A stretch of DNA of 64,000 nucleotides from NCBI GenBank assembly GCA_051294375.1, contig CM119265.1:23428776-23492775 (forward strand). The letters are read 5' to 3'. The translations under genes were made by a program, and so were the position numbers. A model generated the notes under the pieces. It saw only the letters and a list, made by a program, of their open reading frames with translations, searched no databases and had not been told where the DNA came from. The stretch's first letter is position 1; each line of letters begins with the position of its first letter. The DNA is from Paraspadella gotoi (taxonomy: Eukaryota > Animalia > Chaetognatha). Shown here one piece after another: positions 13,494 to 40,500 of the stretch.

Positions 13494-14231
13494 GAGCCGG
13501 ATATCAGACAAGGAGGGGCGTCAGATTCCGAACACCTCAGTAACGAGCGAAACTCCTTTAGAGAGGAAAGTGAGCCGAGCAACAGATAAGCGAGTTAAGG
13601 GACTAAAGGGAAGTTATGTTAAAATTATTTTTTGAAAAAGTAAGGAAATGAATTGATCGAAAGAGAACTTTTTAAACTAAAACGAAGGTCAAGAGAAGAT
13701 AATGATTAGAGATTAAGTGGTGGTTACTTATTGAGCTTTTACACTCAAGGTGAATAATATTAACTAGCAAGGATTGACACGTTATCATTCCGATGCTTTT
13801 AAGTCCGAGAAGAATCGCATTAGACCCTTAAGTCTCACCTCAAGTCAAAACGAGATAACTAACGAAAGCAAAAGCGAAATTCTTTAAAATAAGAAAAAAA
13901 CCTTTTCAGTCATCCAGAAGTAAAATCGGAAGCAAAGATAAACAAAATGACAACAATAACAATCTTTAGTGGAAACAAACGAAAGGAAAGAAAAGCAAAC
14001 AAAAGCGAAGGGATGCGAAAATAAGGGAGGAACCGTTTTTCTTAGGGAGAAAAATGGAATCTTCATCCAACTGAAATATAAAATCGATTTTTCGATGGTT
14101 TGCTTGTTTGCTTGCTAGTTTGCTTGCTGTTATGTTTTCTTTTGTTGAAAAAAATGTAAGAGACACGGAGTTCCTGCAGAAGAAAAGAAAGATAAAAAAA
14201 GAAAAAGGAAAGAGAAAAAGAAAAACACAGT

Positions 14232-14303
<72 letters not shown>

Positions 14304-15780
14304 AAGAAGATCCAAGAAGCAGAATTGTGACTTCGAATGCAAGTCGCGGATTTCATCATTCAATATTTTTTTTTTCTTTTTGCAACTAGGATTCTATTTA
14401 AAACTAAATTTATGTTCTTCTTCTTAAATTTAGTTTTAGTTTATCGTTTTTTGTTGCTTAAATTTTACATGTTCTTTTACTATACTTTACTATACCGTAG
14501 TTCCTAAAACCTCTTTTACGAATTGAAATTATCAACTCTCACTTTTACCAACTGAAAATTCCACTCGATTTTTAATCTTTGATACTTTCGCTGCCACAAC
14601 TTCCAACTCGTCATCATTGACATTGCTGCCGTGACATAAGAATTTATTAATAAGTATCAAACTAATAAGTAGGCCCAAAGAATATTATGTATCAATTAAG
14701 AGAGAACGACGGGCATTCAGACAGATAGACTGGCACACAAACTGGCAAAATGACAGAGAGACAAGCAGATAGGGATATCCCCTCCCTACTACGAAGAAAG
14801 AAGGAAAATTCTTGAAATCTAAACTGAAGAAGCGAATTTGAGAAAAGACGAAAGAGAAAAAAAAGGTTAAAATGACGTTTGGACAAAAGCGATGAGTCAA
14901 CTTTGACGCTGAGGTGTCAACGCGGAAACGAAAATCGATACCAGGACAAAGTATATTTTTTTTCTCCTTAGCTTCTTCGTATAATGACATCGGTTGTTAC
15001 TCTCAATTGTTATATGTTTCTCGAGATTCGCTTTCGAGTTTTAACTTATTTTATTATTTTTCGGAAACACTTCGTCACAACATTAGTTAGACTAATTTTT
15101 TTTTGGTGAAAAGTAGTGAACTTTAACTCAAGATTTAAAAAGAAAAAAAAATTATTTCCACGACGTACGTCTCTATTGGACGCGAGAAGCAAGTGCTTTA
15201 CCATCAGAATAAACTAATCTTTATTTCGACGTAAGGTACAAGATTTTCGAGGCGCCACCCAGATAAACCTCGCCTTCCTCAGCCGGCGGGAAAAAGAACA
15301 CACACTCGTTCGTTTCCCCCCCCCCAAAAAAAAAAGTTTTTAAAGAGTAAGTCGGACTTTTTGTAAGTCGAATTGTTTAGTTTTCCTGTCGGAACCAACA
15401 CAAAAAAGTGGGGTTATCGATTTGGAAAATCGTCTGTTCGTTCGAATCCTGCCTTATTGCCGAAGAGGAAAAAAGGTGAGGCAAGGTAAGTGTTTGGAAA
15501 TACTGAGGTGGAAAGAAGGTAAGTTTTTGTTAGGAAAAATGTGAAAGGAATTTGACGTGACGTCGGTGAGGACTCAGACAGTTTTAAATTAGTATTGCCG
15601 CTTTTTTCAACTAAGGATAAAATAAGAAATAATAATTTTTTTTTAAATTTTTTTTAAAAAAATGTAAAAGTATTTTCGCCAACCTTAAATCACGTGATCA
15701 AATTCCAGAAATAATAATTCTCTTCTTTTTGTGCGCAAATGGATTCGCAGGAGTAAGAGTGGGTGTTATTTTGTGTGGCT

Positions 15781-15868
<88 letters not shown>

Positions 15869-16051
15869 GAGAGAGAGAGCGAGGAGAGAGAAAACGACTC
15901 GTTGAACCAGGATGAACTGACAAGTCAGTTAAATGACACCCAAAAAGTCGAAAGCGCACAAACTGGTTTTTTCGAAATCAACTGGCGCTTTGAGCCAAAA
16001 AATCAATCGCTTCAAAGTCGAGGACGTTTAAAACCGGATTCGCGGGAGGAG

Positions 16052-16116
<65 letters not shown>

Positions 16117-16833
16117 AAAGCACGCCCGACTTAAGTCGTTTTAAATTGATGCCACGCAGTTAATTATATTTAACGAGATTTCCCTTTTTCTCTCGCGGGT
16201 TGGAATTTGGAAAGCGACATTTTTTGTCGTCTGTGTCTTCGTTTATGAAGGCGTTGTCCTTTTTCTCTCGATTGACTTTGTCTCCGGAGATTTTGTAAGA
16301 CGATCAACGTCTTCTTTTGTTTTCTTTGTTGCGTCATCGTTGTTTGAAAACTAGAGTTGTTGTCTCGTTTTGTTGTCTTTCCTGCTTTTGTTTTACGAAA
16401 ATAAAAATTGAGAAAAAAAAGCATAGTTTTAAAATACGTAAGATTACTTAAAATGATGAATACATACTAGTTTAGATCAAATCAGATTTTTGTTCTTTCT
16501 CTCGCTGATTTTCGAAAGGTTAATTTTCTGTCCAACTCGCTAATCAATGAAAAATGAAATTTGTTTTCGATGACTCAAGCTCATTGTTTTTAAAAGTACT
16601 TGAAATGTTTTTGTTTTTAAAGTTATTCTCGTCGCCGTCAGAGGGTTTCTCATATCTGTCTTTAAATCCGCTTACTCATTCCCCACGCGTTTTTTTTTTT
16701 CCGCGAAATCCCTTTCTTATCGTTTGTGTAATTCACTGCCTCATTTCCTTCCTTTTTAGCAGATTTTATTTGACGAATCTTCTAAAACACTTATTCCATT
16801 GCTCACCTCAAACCATCATTCAAGTCATAGCTC

Positions 16834-16976
16834 ATCATTCTAGTCCTTTTTCTATTTCTAATATCATTCTAGTCCTTTTTCTATTCCTCATATCATTCTA
16901 GTCCTTTTTCTATTCATCATATCATTCTAGTCCTTTTTCTATTCCTCATATCATTCTAGTCCTTTTTCTATTCCTC
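16834..16976. repeat. 29-bp minisatellite x5
   Basis: ATCATTCTAGTCCTTTTTCTATTCCTCAT units. Confidence 0.85.
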
Positions 16977-17891
16977 AATCCTCAATCCTCATATCATTTC
17001 TAAATGATAAGATTAATATTATTTTATATTCTCTTTTCTCATTCGATTCTCTATTTCATTATTCATTCCCCCCCCCCTCGAGTTCGGTTGGCGTTAGCGG
17101 TTTCCTTCTTTACGCCAACGCCGCTTTCACCGCATTCAACGCCGCTGCCTCTGCAGCAACTTCTGGTACTTTCCTTGTTTTTTCACGAATTGACTCACCC
17201 GATGACGAGGCCACTGAACGAACAAAACAGAAAAAAAAATAAAAAAGAATCAATAAAAAATTTAAACAGAAGAGTAAGTTTCTTATTATTAGTGCAACAA
17301 AAATCAATAATTGTCGCAAAATAAAAACAAATTGAATAACTAAGAAGAATAAGAAAGTAAGTTCGAGTAAGTTGCGCATTCCGTAGTTCATCCTAAGACG
17401 AAGAGAGAAAAAATTTCAGAGACGAAAAAAAAAAGAAAAAGATTCCGAGTGAATTAATTCAAACAGAAGATTTTTATCCTTTCGTATTTTTTCGAATTTT
17501 TTTTTCTTTACTTGAGCATATATATATAGTCAAAATGAATAGTAATTTTTTGGTCTTTAGAAAAATTAAATTTTTCGGTCGATATTTCACTTGTAAGCTT
17601 GCGATGTCACTTGCCACTACAATTTTTTTTCACCGATTTTTGCGAAAACTTTTTTTCCCAACATTAGTGTCTGTTTAATTGTTTTTATTTTGATAATTTT
17701 TTATGTTTTTTCTCTCTCAACCTATTAATTCAATAAAACGGACCCAAAAAAAAAAACATTTGAAATCAGCTGAATCGTCGATTTTACGATCAGCGGTTGA
17801 GTTCTTTCATTCACGACTTCACCAGATTTCACGGAATCACGCGAGGCGTCACGGAAAATTGTCGAGGGCTCGAAAATTCACTGGCCGTCAC

Positions 17892-18017
<126 letters not shown>

Positions 18018-18852
18018 AAGAGAGCGAAACCGAAAACTGTCGAGCAACGAAACTTTTTTCCTAATTTTTTGAAAATCCAAGAAAAAAAGGTGAGGCGGGT
18101 GCGGGGCAGGTAAGTTCAGCCTGTTCTTTTCGTTCGTCAGTCTCTTTTTCTCTCTCTCTTTCCCTCTCTCTCTCTCTCTCTCCCTCTCTCTCTCTTTCTC
18201 AATCTCCCCCAATCCGTTTTTAAATTTTGGTAGAACTCTTTTCCAATTGGACGAGGATCCGCCATCGGATTGGTCCGCAACTTTGGATCGAGAATTCGCG
18301 TCGTCAGTGGATGTGAGACTCAATAACTTATTCTTCGTAACGAGAGAAAGAAACGAAGTTAGCTCCGGAATCCGCGGAAATGACAAGATATAGCAAGGTG
18401 TTACAGTGATAATTGATAACGATGACAAGTGATAACGATGACAATTGACAACGATGACACAAAAGAAAACGAGAGGAAGAAGAAGAGAAACAAACAAAAA
18501 ACCGCTGACATTGATAATAAAAGATGACAACAACGAAAGAGAAGATAAAAAATCGTCGTATTAGTCCGTTGACATTCTGTCGTATCGCTTTCAGATTATT
18601 GCTGTTTCGTGACCACTATCTTTACGATCGTTGGTCACCGATTAACGCAAACGGTTCGGCGAATTCCGTCCTTCCCCCCCCCCCTACTCGGTCTCATTTT
18701 TAGTTTTCCCCTGCGGGGTACGGACTACGACGACGACGACGACCACGACGTCGAATGTTACGACGACGACGACGACGACGACCACGACGACGACCACGAC
18801 GTCGAATGTTACGACGACAACGACGACTTTGTCTTCGTCCCAACGTCAAAGA

Positions 18853-18956
18853 AAATTAATAAGCCAAGCTTTGATTGCCGCCCAAAATTAATAAGCCAAG
18901 CTTTGATCGCCGCCCAAAATTAATAAGCCAAGCTTTGATTGCCGCCCAAAATTAAC
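18853..18956. repeat. 32-bp minisatellite x3
   Basis: AAATTAATAAGCCAAGCTTTGATTGCCGCCCA units. Confidence 0.85.
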
Positions 18957-19666
18957 GAATTGGGAACCGGTGTTGATCCTTGAGCTTTGGGGACAACAAT
19001 TTGGGGATAATTAAAGAAAAAATTTGAAGAAAAACGTACGACAAATAAAGCGAGAAATATTCATATAAAGCAAAACATTTGACGACGATGAAGGCAGCGA
19101 TGAGAAATAAACCTTTTTTTTTTTTTTTATTTATAGTCCAAAAAAAAATTGTTTTTTAAATTTTGGCGCGAAAAGAGAGGAAAGCCGAATCCCATCCTGC
19201 GTAATGAGTCGTTCGTGTCAACACTCAACTCTACTCAACCGCTGTTGGGACAGGGTGGAGCGCGCGTCCCACACTTACCTTCGACTCGTTTACCTAATTA
19301 AAAGCACATTTAACGTCAGGGGCAGAATCGGATTGAAAATGGGACTAAAAATCACACGAGTAATTTATTTATTTCATAATTTGAATTTTTTTTTAAACCT
19401 AGTGGTTATAGAATGACGTACGTTTTTTCGGGAAACCTACAGTTAGACGAAGGGAAAAGAAGAAACGAAATTTTTTTTTTTCAATTTTTTTTCAATTTAT
19501 GTTAGTTTTGTTTGTTTTTAGCGAATTTTAAAAAAATCATCGTCTAACATAAGGACCCGCCGACTTTTTCTTCATGATAAATTACGATAGTCGCGACGAG
19601 CAGGAAGAAACTGTACCATGGGCAAAAACTCAACCATGAAATCTGGAGAAAAAAATTGTGGCAGAA

Positions 19667-19707
<41 letters not shown>

Positions 19708-20272
19708 GACCTTCGCAATTCGGACAAGAGATCCTTTGACAACTTGATTTTTTTTTCTTGTCCATCAGCAAAAAAAAACTTACTTATCGTCTTTTTTTCT
19801 ATCGTGCGCCCGCCAGGATTGCAATCAGAAAAAACGCCCGGATATAAAACTGCGGCGCTCATACGAAGACGTTAGACACTCTAGGGGGGGGGATTCTGTA
19901 ATCTAGAATCTGTATGTCCGTCTGTCCCGAATCTAAACGTTTTCGGCCACGTCATCAAAAACCAAAAAACGTTTCTGGCAGAAAGTCGAGATATCCCAGG
20001 CCATTGATGCCCATTGCCCAAGGACGTCGATGAAGACGAAATCAAAGACGTTCATTCGTCTCTTTCTCTTTTGTATTTCCAATCTTATTTTAATTCTTGT
20101 CAGGTTTGCTTGTTTCAAATTGGACATTAACATTCTCATTAACAGATCGTCGATTCGACATGAAATTCTCCGCCTTCTCTTTATCGAAGCAATACTTAAT
20201 CCTCGCTCCACAAACTGCCACCACTCCCACCCTCCTTTTCGACACCACCATTCCACTCCTCCACCTTAATCT

Positions 20273-24125
<3,853 letters not shown>

Positions 24126-24690
24126 GGTGTCTTTTTGTTTGTTAGTTTGTTCTGTTCGTGAGTTTATTAATTTCGTGAGTTGCGAAACTTTAAAGTGAGA
24201 GTTTCGAGCGACTTTTAAATCACATTTTTATGTCTTAATTCCTTTTCAAACCGTGACTAGCTTCGGTTAATCCTAAAACTCTAACGACTTAAATATTCAT
24301 TATTAGACTTTTCTCCCGAGGGCTCGTTTAAATAAAAAGAAATATCGAAAATCTTTTTTTATTGTTTTTGATTAAGAATTTCGCGTTAATCGCAATAACC
24401 CATTAAAAAAAAAAATAAAACGAAACATCAAAAATCGATATACAAAGAAAAAACCAATATAATTATAAAGTAGTAATTATTTAATAAAACCGCTCGAGCT
24501 ATATAAATAACAATCTTTTTAATTTAAAAAAAAATCGCGACCAAAGTTTTTTGAGGAATGATTGACGTTCGCTGAATGAAGAAGGCACGAAATGCGCTCG
24601 TCAAGTTCGTTTACACAAAAAAGGCGAATTTCGGAAATGTTAAAATTTAAAAAAATATGTTAATTTTCCTCGGGAAAAATACATTACAGT

Positions 24691-24698
24691 TGACGTCA
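24691..24698. promoter_or_regulatory. Full palindromic CRE (TGACGTCA) about 570 bp upstream of the coiled-coil gene ATG
   Basis: Exact 8-mer, with a near-CRE CGACGTCA at 24763-24770. Function is inferred. Confidence 0.35.
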
Positions 24699-25128
24699 AT
24701 CGTGGAACCAACGTCGATGCAATTCACTTCAAAGATGAAATCTTTTTTTTTTTTCGAAATTTCGACGTCACCTAATTTATTTCGCATTAGTTTTATCCAT
24801 TGCAAAGCATAAAGAGTTTCTTCCGCTACGAGTACGTCCCTTTATTCAAACCCCATTTTTTTTATTACTTTAATGTGTCATAAGCGTTTTAAATAGTAAA
24901 CCGTAAATCTACGAGAATAGTTATAATAAATATTTTCCTGCCAATACTTTATCTCCAAACTTTGTGACAATCAATGAATTTAAAACCATTTTATGGCGTC
25001 TAAAGGCAAAGAAAATAACGGCATTGGTGCAATGAACAGCCAATGGAAGCAAAGTTTGCACTATGCAGAATAATAACTCAAAAATCTCAAAATGCACTCA
25101 AAAGAAATCCAACTAAACCATCGCCCAT

Positions 25129-25513
25129 TCAATTAATGTCAACGACCTCGGTTCTCAACGCCTGCCCGTCCCAAACGGTCTTGAACTGTTCGGGCACGGG
25201 ATGATCGACGGACCCGTTGACCTCGTCGGGCACGCCCACGTTCATTTCCGACGATTTGGAGGTGAGGATCTCGGCGCCCAACGACTTCTCGCAAAGCAGC
25301 ACCTGACAGCCGTCAGTGTTGGAGATGCCGACCGTCGGGCAGGTGCCGAGAGACTGGAGTTGGACTGATTGGCAGTTAACGACGTCGACGGAGCAGACGA
25401 TGTCGGAGAAGACGAGCGCCACCTGGGAAAAGAAAGGCGGATGCTCTTTTGTCGCTTGGGAAAGCTTAACGTTTAAATTTCAATGTACAGTGGAGACCGT
25501 ACAGTCTACAGGT

Positions 25514-25591
<78 letters not shown>

Positions 25592-26961
25592 AGACAAGGT
25601 AAAAGATCCAACTTGTGATCGATCACTCCACCCACCTTTTTGCACTTATCCAACGTGATCGAGTTACATTTTCCTTCCACTGTGATCATTGAGTCGCTGC
25701 AGTCGTAGATGTAAACCGTCTGCTTCATCGTCACCTCGTCCAGGACGACGTTGTGGGCGTGGCGATAATTCTCCACCACCCACTTCTTTCCGGCCTCGCA
25801 GACCAAAACCGGCGCTTTCTTAACCGCGCCGCCGACGGCGCTCTTTTTGACGCCAGCAACGCCGGCGACGTTGGACTTTTTGACGTCGTCTTCGTGAACT
25901 ACGGAGGTGAGACGCAATTCGGGGTTTTTGTGCGTCATTTGTTTCGCGTCGACTTTCTTCAAACCGGAAGTGATTCCCTCGCCTCGATTAATGGAAGCGA
26001 AGAGGGCGCCTCGATCGCCGCTCGGCGTCTTCGGCGCCGTCGGAGAAGGGGCGCCGTCTAGGTCGAGGTTTTTGAGGAGGTCGGCAGGGGGCGGCGGCGG
26101 CGGTGGCGGAGGAACGCCGGCTGGTGGCGGCGCCGCGGCGCGTCGAGCTTTTCCGGCGTCGAACTTCATGGGATCCTCGCCCATTTTTTTCCAGTTGACG
26201 CCCATGGAATGGAATCGCATAACGTAGGCCTCCAACTCGTCGAGGGTTCGAGCCCAGGCCTTGCACCAGGCCTCGTGTCGAGGGTCTTGCTCTTTGTATT
26301 CGCGGACGACGCGATTGGAGTAGAACTGAGAGGCGTTGGACATCTCGCGAACGAGAGACGCCGGCCCCGGCTTCCATTCGCCGCTCCCGGGGATGTGACC
26401 GTCGCCCTTGCGCGGCGGCTGCTTCCGCTCCTTGGTCTGCTCTCTCGTTTCCTTGGCAACGACGTCTTGATCCACCGCGACCCAACCCAACGCTCCGATC
26501 GATTCCCCGATTGCCTGGAGGTGATTGATCACTTCCTTCTGGTGACGGTTCTTGTCGCGGACGTCGACGGCGGCGGCGAGGGCGTCGGAGGTCGGCTTCA
26601 GCAGCGTCGCCAAGTCGGTAGACGTCGCCGGTTTTCGGCACCGCGACGCTAAAGCTAGGAACTCGCGTTGGCGGGAGAAAGCGGCCGCCACGGCGTCGCA
26701 CTGTTCCGTCAACACCCCGCTCTCGATGCGGCGGGCGTACATGACGAATTCGGCCAGGGGACCTTCCACAATCTCGTCGAAAACGTCGAGAAAGTCGCAT
26801 GAGGGCGCGCCGTTGACGAGAGGCTCGGGCGCCGGTGGTGGCGCCGAGGATGTCGTCGAAAAGTTCTCGGCCTTCAAGCAGCCGAGATCGAGGCCCTCAA
26901 ATCGATTGGTGACGTTTTCCAGACGAAGCACCAGGCGGCGGAGCTCTTCCGTTGCCGCCAT
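25129..26961 (-). CDS. CAP1: Adenylyl cyclase-associated protein (CAP/Srv2), ~539 aa, 2 coding exons
   Basis: Exons 26961-25636 and 25422-25129 (phase 0). Motifs: N-terminal LVLRLENVTNRFE (RLE repeat), helical-folded domain (NHLQAIGESIGALGWVAV; FYSNRV), poly-Pro, WH2 (ALFASINRGEGITSGLKKV...THKNPELR) and CARP domain (KCNSITLD; SKSSEMNV; PVPEQFKT). Confidence 0.96.
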
Positions 26962-27738
26962 GATTGAATCTGTTGTGGGGTCTGGAAGGGAAAAGTTGGA
27001 AATGATGGGGAGTGAACGGGGTGTTGCGGAATGCGTACAAAGCTGGTGAAAAAGCGAAACGAAATTATTACTATAAAGCATGCCTAGAAATTAAAATTTA
27101 AAAACTACAAATGCTGAAACTGCGATTTTAAAGCTACTTTTATTAAAGCATTATCTGTATGTACTATGTATGATTGGAGCAATTGGAACTAATCATGCGG
27201 CTTAATAGAATAAAAGATTTATACAGCCGATATAACAATTATCTATTCATTCAATAAATATAAGTATATATATTAATGATGATTATAAATTATTCTCACC
27301 CATGGTAAATTTCTTCTCAAAAACCGAGAGCGATCTAAAATTTGTTATAAAGTTTTATCGCCGGGAAATTAAATTTATATCTGTCGATGACAAGAAGAAT
27401 TCGAATAATTTTGAAGAAAAAAAAATCATTCAAGGCGGAAAATTATTTGTATTGAATTCCGATAATATTAAATATAATTAAAAACTATCTATAATTCGCT
27501 TACCAGAATTTTCGCAAGAAATGTGGGAAGACGCAACGGTTGGCTTGAAGATGGTCAAAGTGCTGGAGAATTGCATATCCCGGGCCGAATAGCGAGAGAG
27601 AGGGAGAGAGAGCAAAAAGGGAGAGAGAGGGAGAAAGATAGAGAGAGAGCGCAAAGGAAAGATCGATCGAAGCTTCGAAAAACTCGAGGATGAGGATGAA
27701 GATGAGCCAGACGCAAAGAGAAGTTGCAGGAAAGAGAG

Positions 27739-27814
<76 letters not shown>

Positions 27815-29689
27815 AAAATCACGCGCCGGGCTTTTTTTTTCTTTAGATATTTTCCAGCTATGTAAAAAAAAAATTGTAGGGGAATTTTTTTTGATCCCCG
27901 AGCTAAATCGAATTAGCGATTCGAATCTAAGAAGAAAAACGATCGAAAGAAAACGTTAAAAACCATTAAGGTCGATGCCAAGTAGCTGATGTCGTTAACT
28001 TGGGAGTCTATTTAGGAAAGAAAGAAGACAGCTACAGTAACAAAAATTGAAATAATGGAAATCTCAATGCTCGCACAGCGAAAAAGTAAATTAAAAGCTA
28101 AAGAATTAGAATTTCTTTTTAAAAAAATGACATTTATAGAGATGCAATGAGGACGCATCTAGAAACAATGGGAGAAAATCGATGACGAGCGACCCCGACC
28201 AGCGATTGGATGTTAAACTCTCGATCGAGAATTTAGAATGGACGCGTTGTGATTTTGACTCTCTAAACGAACCTATAGAAACGCGGCAAAGGGAAGACAA
28301 CAACAATAACTACAACAACAACAACGGCATTGGGAGCGGAGAACTCATGGTCGACGCGAGAAAGAAGATTTTTGGGAACGTGAATCAGCATTTGATTTTA
28401 AATGAGGGGGCGGGGGAGGTAATAAGAATGATTGAATGAAATAATTAGATACCAAACTAATCCATTAACTATTTAGTCAATTGATTAATCGATCTTTCAA
28501 TCAAATAATATTTGATAGATCAATCAATCAAAGGAAAAATAAAAGGAAAAATGAAAAGGAGAATCTATGAAGATGGAGAAAAATAAAAAAATACAAAAGC
28601 CCCTCTCTCAGATTTTTTAATGGGCGCCCAAGACCGGGGTTGAAATCATATCATCATTTTTTAATAGACACAAATTGTCTACCCTACTTTCCATCATCTG
28701 CGGAATATTTTATCCGATTTTGATATCTACCTAATTTTTATTCACATTACAACTTTGGGATCAAAATATCACTGAAGATGATTTGCCACCTGAAACTAAC
28801 AAATTTAGAAAGACTTTCTTTCCTTGCGCAATGCTTACTTCAGTTTGCTTTTTTATTTAATTGTTCCCTCTCACGGAGTTGCTGCCCTTTTGTTTCCCTA
28901 TCAAAACCTTGGGTGAGAATGTAAAGGGGTGAAACAGAAACAGTGAAACAGGACGGGGAAAAAAATGCCTAGGTTGTCTTCTTCTTTTCCTCATGTAGTT
29001 TCGGTTCCCCAGGAAGACCGACTCGAACCCTCGGCGCAAAAATAAAACAGAAAAACGTTTTTCGCAGAATTTGATACGGACTTCGTGGCGCTCAGACAAG
29101 TCTCCCAAAAGAAACCAGTCCCATTTTGCCCATTAAACTCAAATGGGTAACCAAAAATTGTTATTTTACTACTAATTCTTAAAACCCTTATGAAGGAAAG
29201 CATTAAGTAGTTTGTAAATAATTAGTAGACTCATACATAGAATTATCTATGACATTTTTGCTTCGTCGATAGTCCCTCTTCTCGATCTAGGGTTATAGAG
29301 TATCCGTCCAATCGCCCGTATTATCGCCACGCAGAATGAAATTGAGTTTGAAACAAAAGACAACACGAATCCGACGACCGAGGGCTCGAGTCGCTCGCTT
29401 TTTGCTGTCTTCCCTTTACATCGTCGAAAATTGAAAGAAAAAAAAACTCTCAAATGGCGGCTTTCGAATGTATTACTTTCACTGGGCAATGGTTTCGTTC
29501 TTTCCTAAATAATCGAATGGCGAAAACATAGAGACGATAGCGGTAGTTACCCAAAGCGTCCCCTGACGCCCTAAACGAAGCTCTCTCTATCTGTCTGTCT
29601 CTTCGTTAACCTGGTCGGCGCGCGCGCTCGCTCGCTGGCAAGAACGCATCGCGCGCTAGCGCCAGGCGCCTCGCTTTTGGCGCCGAAGC

Positions 29690-29744
<55 letters not shown>

Positions 29745-30642
29745 CATTTACTGTCTTAATATGTCCATTTACCTGTGTAGTTGAACGGAGAATAGCGCGT
29801 TGTCATTGGATGCCTCTGCCCGCGTGATCGCCTCTAATTAAAACGCGCGAGCAAAGGCTTGTCATCGTGAAAGGTTTTGGGTACGAATCAGTTTCTGTTC
29901 AAAGTCCGCGTTGCATTTTGATTTTTAAGTAATGACAAAACCGCGCTCGAAAGACGAAAGGATGTGAATTATGCTTATAATTATTTGAATAAAGTCGAAT
30001 TAGAAACTCCAAAATAAACATTTCGTCTTCAAAGTTAATTTTAAACAACTACATATCGCTATATATACTACGCACTCAATTTTCCTGAGACACATCTAAA
30101 TTTTAATACAGACAAACTTATTAATATTATAAAACTAATTCTTTCTGAAAATACCACTTTATAGGTATGCATATCTATGCATAACTATGAAACTAGCCAA
30201 AAACGGCTGACCAAAGTAATTACAAAATTTTAAGTATTAACGGCCAGGTTGCACTTTTATTTGTGGAACAAGTTTTTTTTTTCGGAAACGAACCCACTGT
30301 AAAAACCTGCTGCAAAAAAAAAATCATTAATGAGTAATCAAGTCCATCAACTTATCATAAATACAAATATAATTTCGCTGATTCCAATCTCGATACGATA
30401 ATCCTATTGGCTTTTGAGATAGAGAAAAATAAAGAGAATCAGAGAGAGAGAGAGAGAGATAGAGAGAGTTTCTTTTTTTGAGGCGAGCCTTTCATTCTTA
30501 AAACGATCCATCTTCGATCTTGCTGCTCGTCACACTCCGTCTCTTCAAAACTCGGTCTTTACAGGTGTAAACTCAAAAGAAATTCTCCAAATCCCTTATG
30601 CTGCGAAAATGTTTTGCGTCATCTCTCTCTCTCTTTCTCTTT

Positions 30643-30684
<42 letters not shown>

Positions 30685-31603
30685 CTCTCTTCTCTCTCTC
30701 TCTCTCTCCTCGTCCATCCAAAACACACACACACACAAGTAATTTTTTTTGGTTTAAATGGATTTCCGATGAAAAATCTAGTTCATTTTCCTTTTTTTTT
30801 CATTTCTTCCTCAATGGAACCGGTTTTCGATTTTTGTCACGGTCGCTAACGAGAAACTGAAAAAAAAAATTGGTAAAACTATTAAAATTTTAGAAGTTGG
30901 TTGATTAGCTCCCTTATATAATTATAAACTTGAATTGATTTTTTTTTTCTCTTCGACTTCTTGTACCTCGAGAAGCGATAGGTTTACCCGAGTGAAGGTG
31001 GACTAAAATCCGCTTTAAATACACAACAATAACGAAAACAAAATTGCTATTTATTTATTTTATTGTTTGTTTGTTTATTTTTTCTATAGTTTTTTTTTTC
31101 TTCCGATGTCTTTCTCTTCTTTCATTCATTGTCTCTTCTTAATCTGACGATTCAGGTTGTCACGATGAAAGACGCTCGACGTTCGCCGATTCATCAATAA
31201 GCGATCGTCTTCATTGAACGGAGGAGAGAGAGAGAGAGAGAGAGAGCGAAAAGATTGTGAGCCAAACGAGACGGATTTAAAAAAAAGAGAATCCTGATAC
31301 AAAAAACCGACGAAGGAAATCCGTGGACGCGACTCTTTCCCGTCTTTTCGGCGACAATGGCGGAGACGATCCGGCGGCCTCTCGGAAACGGCGTCGGCGC
31401 CATCGTTGCCGAATCGGACGGCGTCGACGCGGGCGTCACGTTGTCGCGCCATCTGGACGGCGATCACGTAGGTGGATGAAATATGGCTTAGAAACAAAAC
31501 GACGACGAGAGTTCATTGGCGAGGAAAAACGCGAAAGAAAACGAAAAGACGATAGAGAAGAGGAGAGAGAGAGAGAGATGGAGAGGAGAGAGCAGAAGAG
31601 AGA

Positions 31604-31637
<34 letters not shown>

Positions 31638-31994
31638 AAAAAAAACTGAAAGAAATCGATCATCGCTTCAAGAATTTTTTTTTTCTTTTTCTAGCGACGA
31701 GCGTCGTGCAAATTCGCGGAAGAAAAAAGAGTTTGGCGGGAAAATGATAATTAATTATTAAAGTCTAAGAAAAACGGAAAAAAAGGGGAAAAAAAAAAGA
31801 GAATCGAAAACACAAGCTCACGAAACAAAAGTCAAATGTGATCCATCAAAAACAACCCGTAGCAACCAACGACCGAATCAGTTATTTCTTTATTCACCAA
31901 CTTTGTAAACGTATGTAAACATTAAACCGTAAAGTCGATTCGAATCGACAAAACTTTGAAAACCCAGGGGCGCCCCCTTTACCGACAAGGGATC

Positions 31995-40500
<8,506 letters not shown>

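Noticed and set aside
26962-27081. N-terminal extension of the CAP ORF in the track
   Set aside because: Lies across a pyrimidine tract and AG acceptor; homology starts at MAATEELRRLVLRLE (26961)
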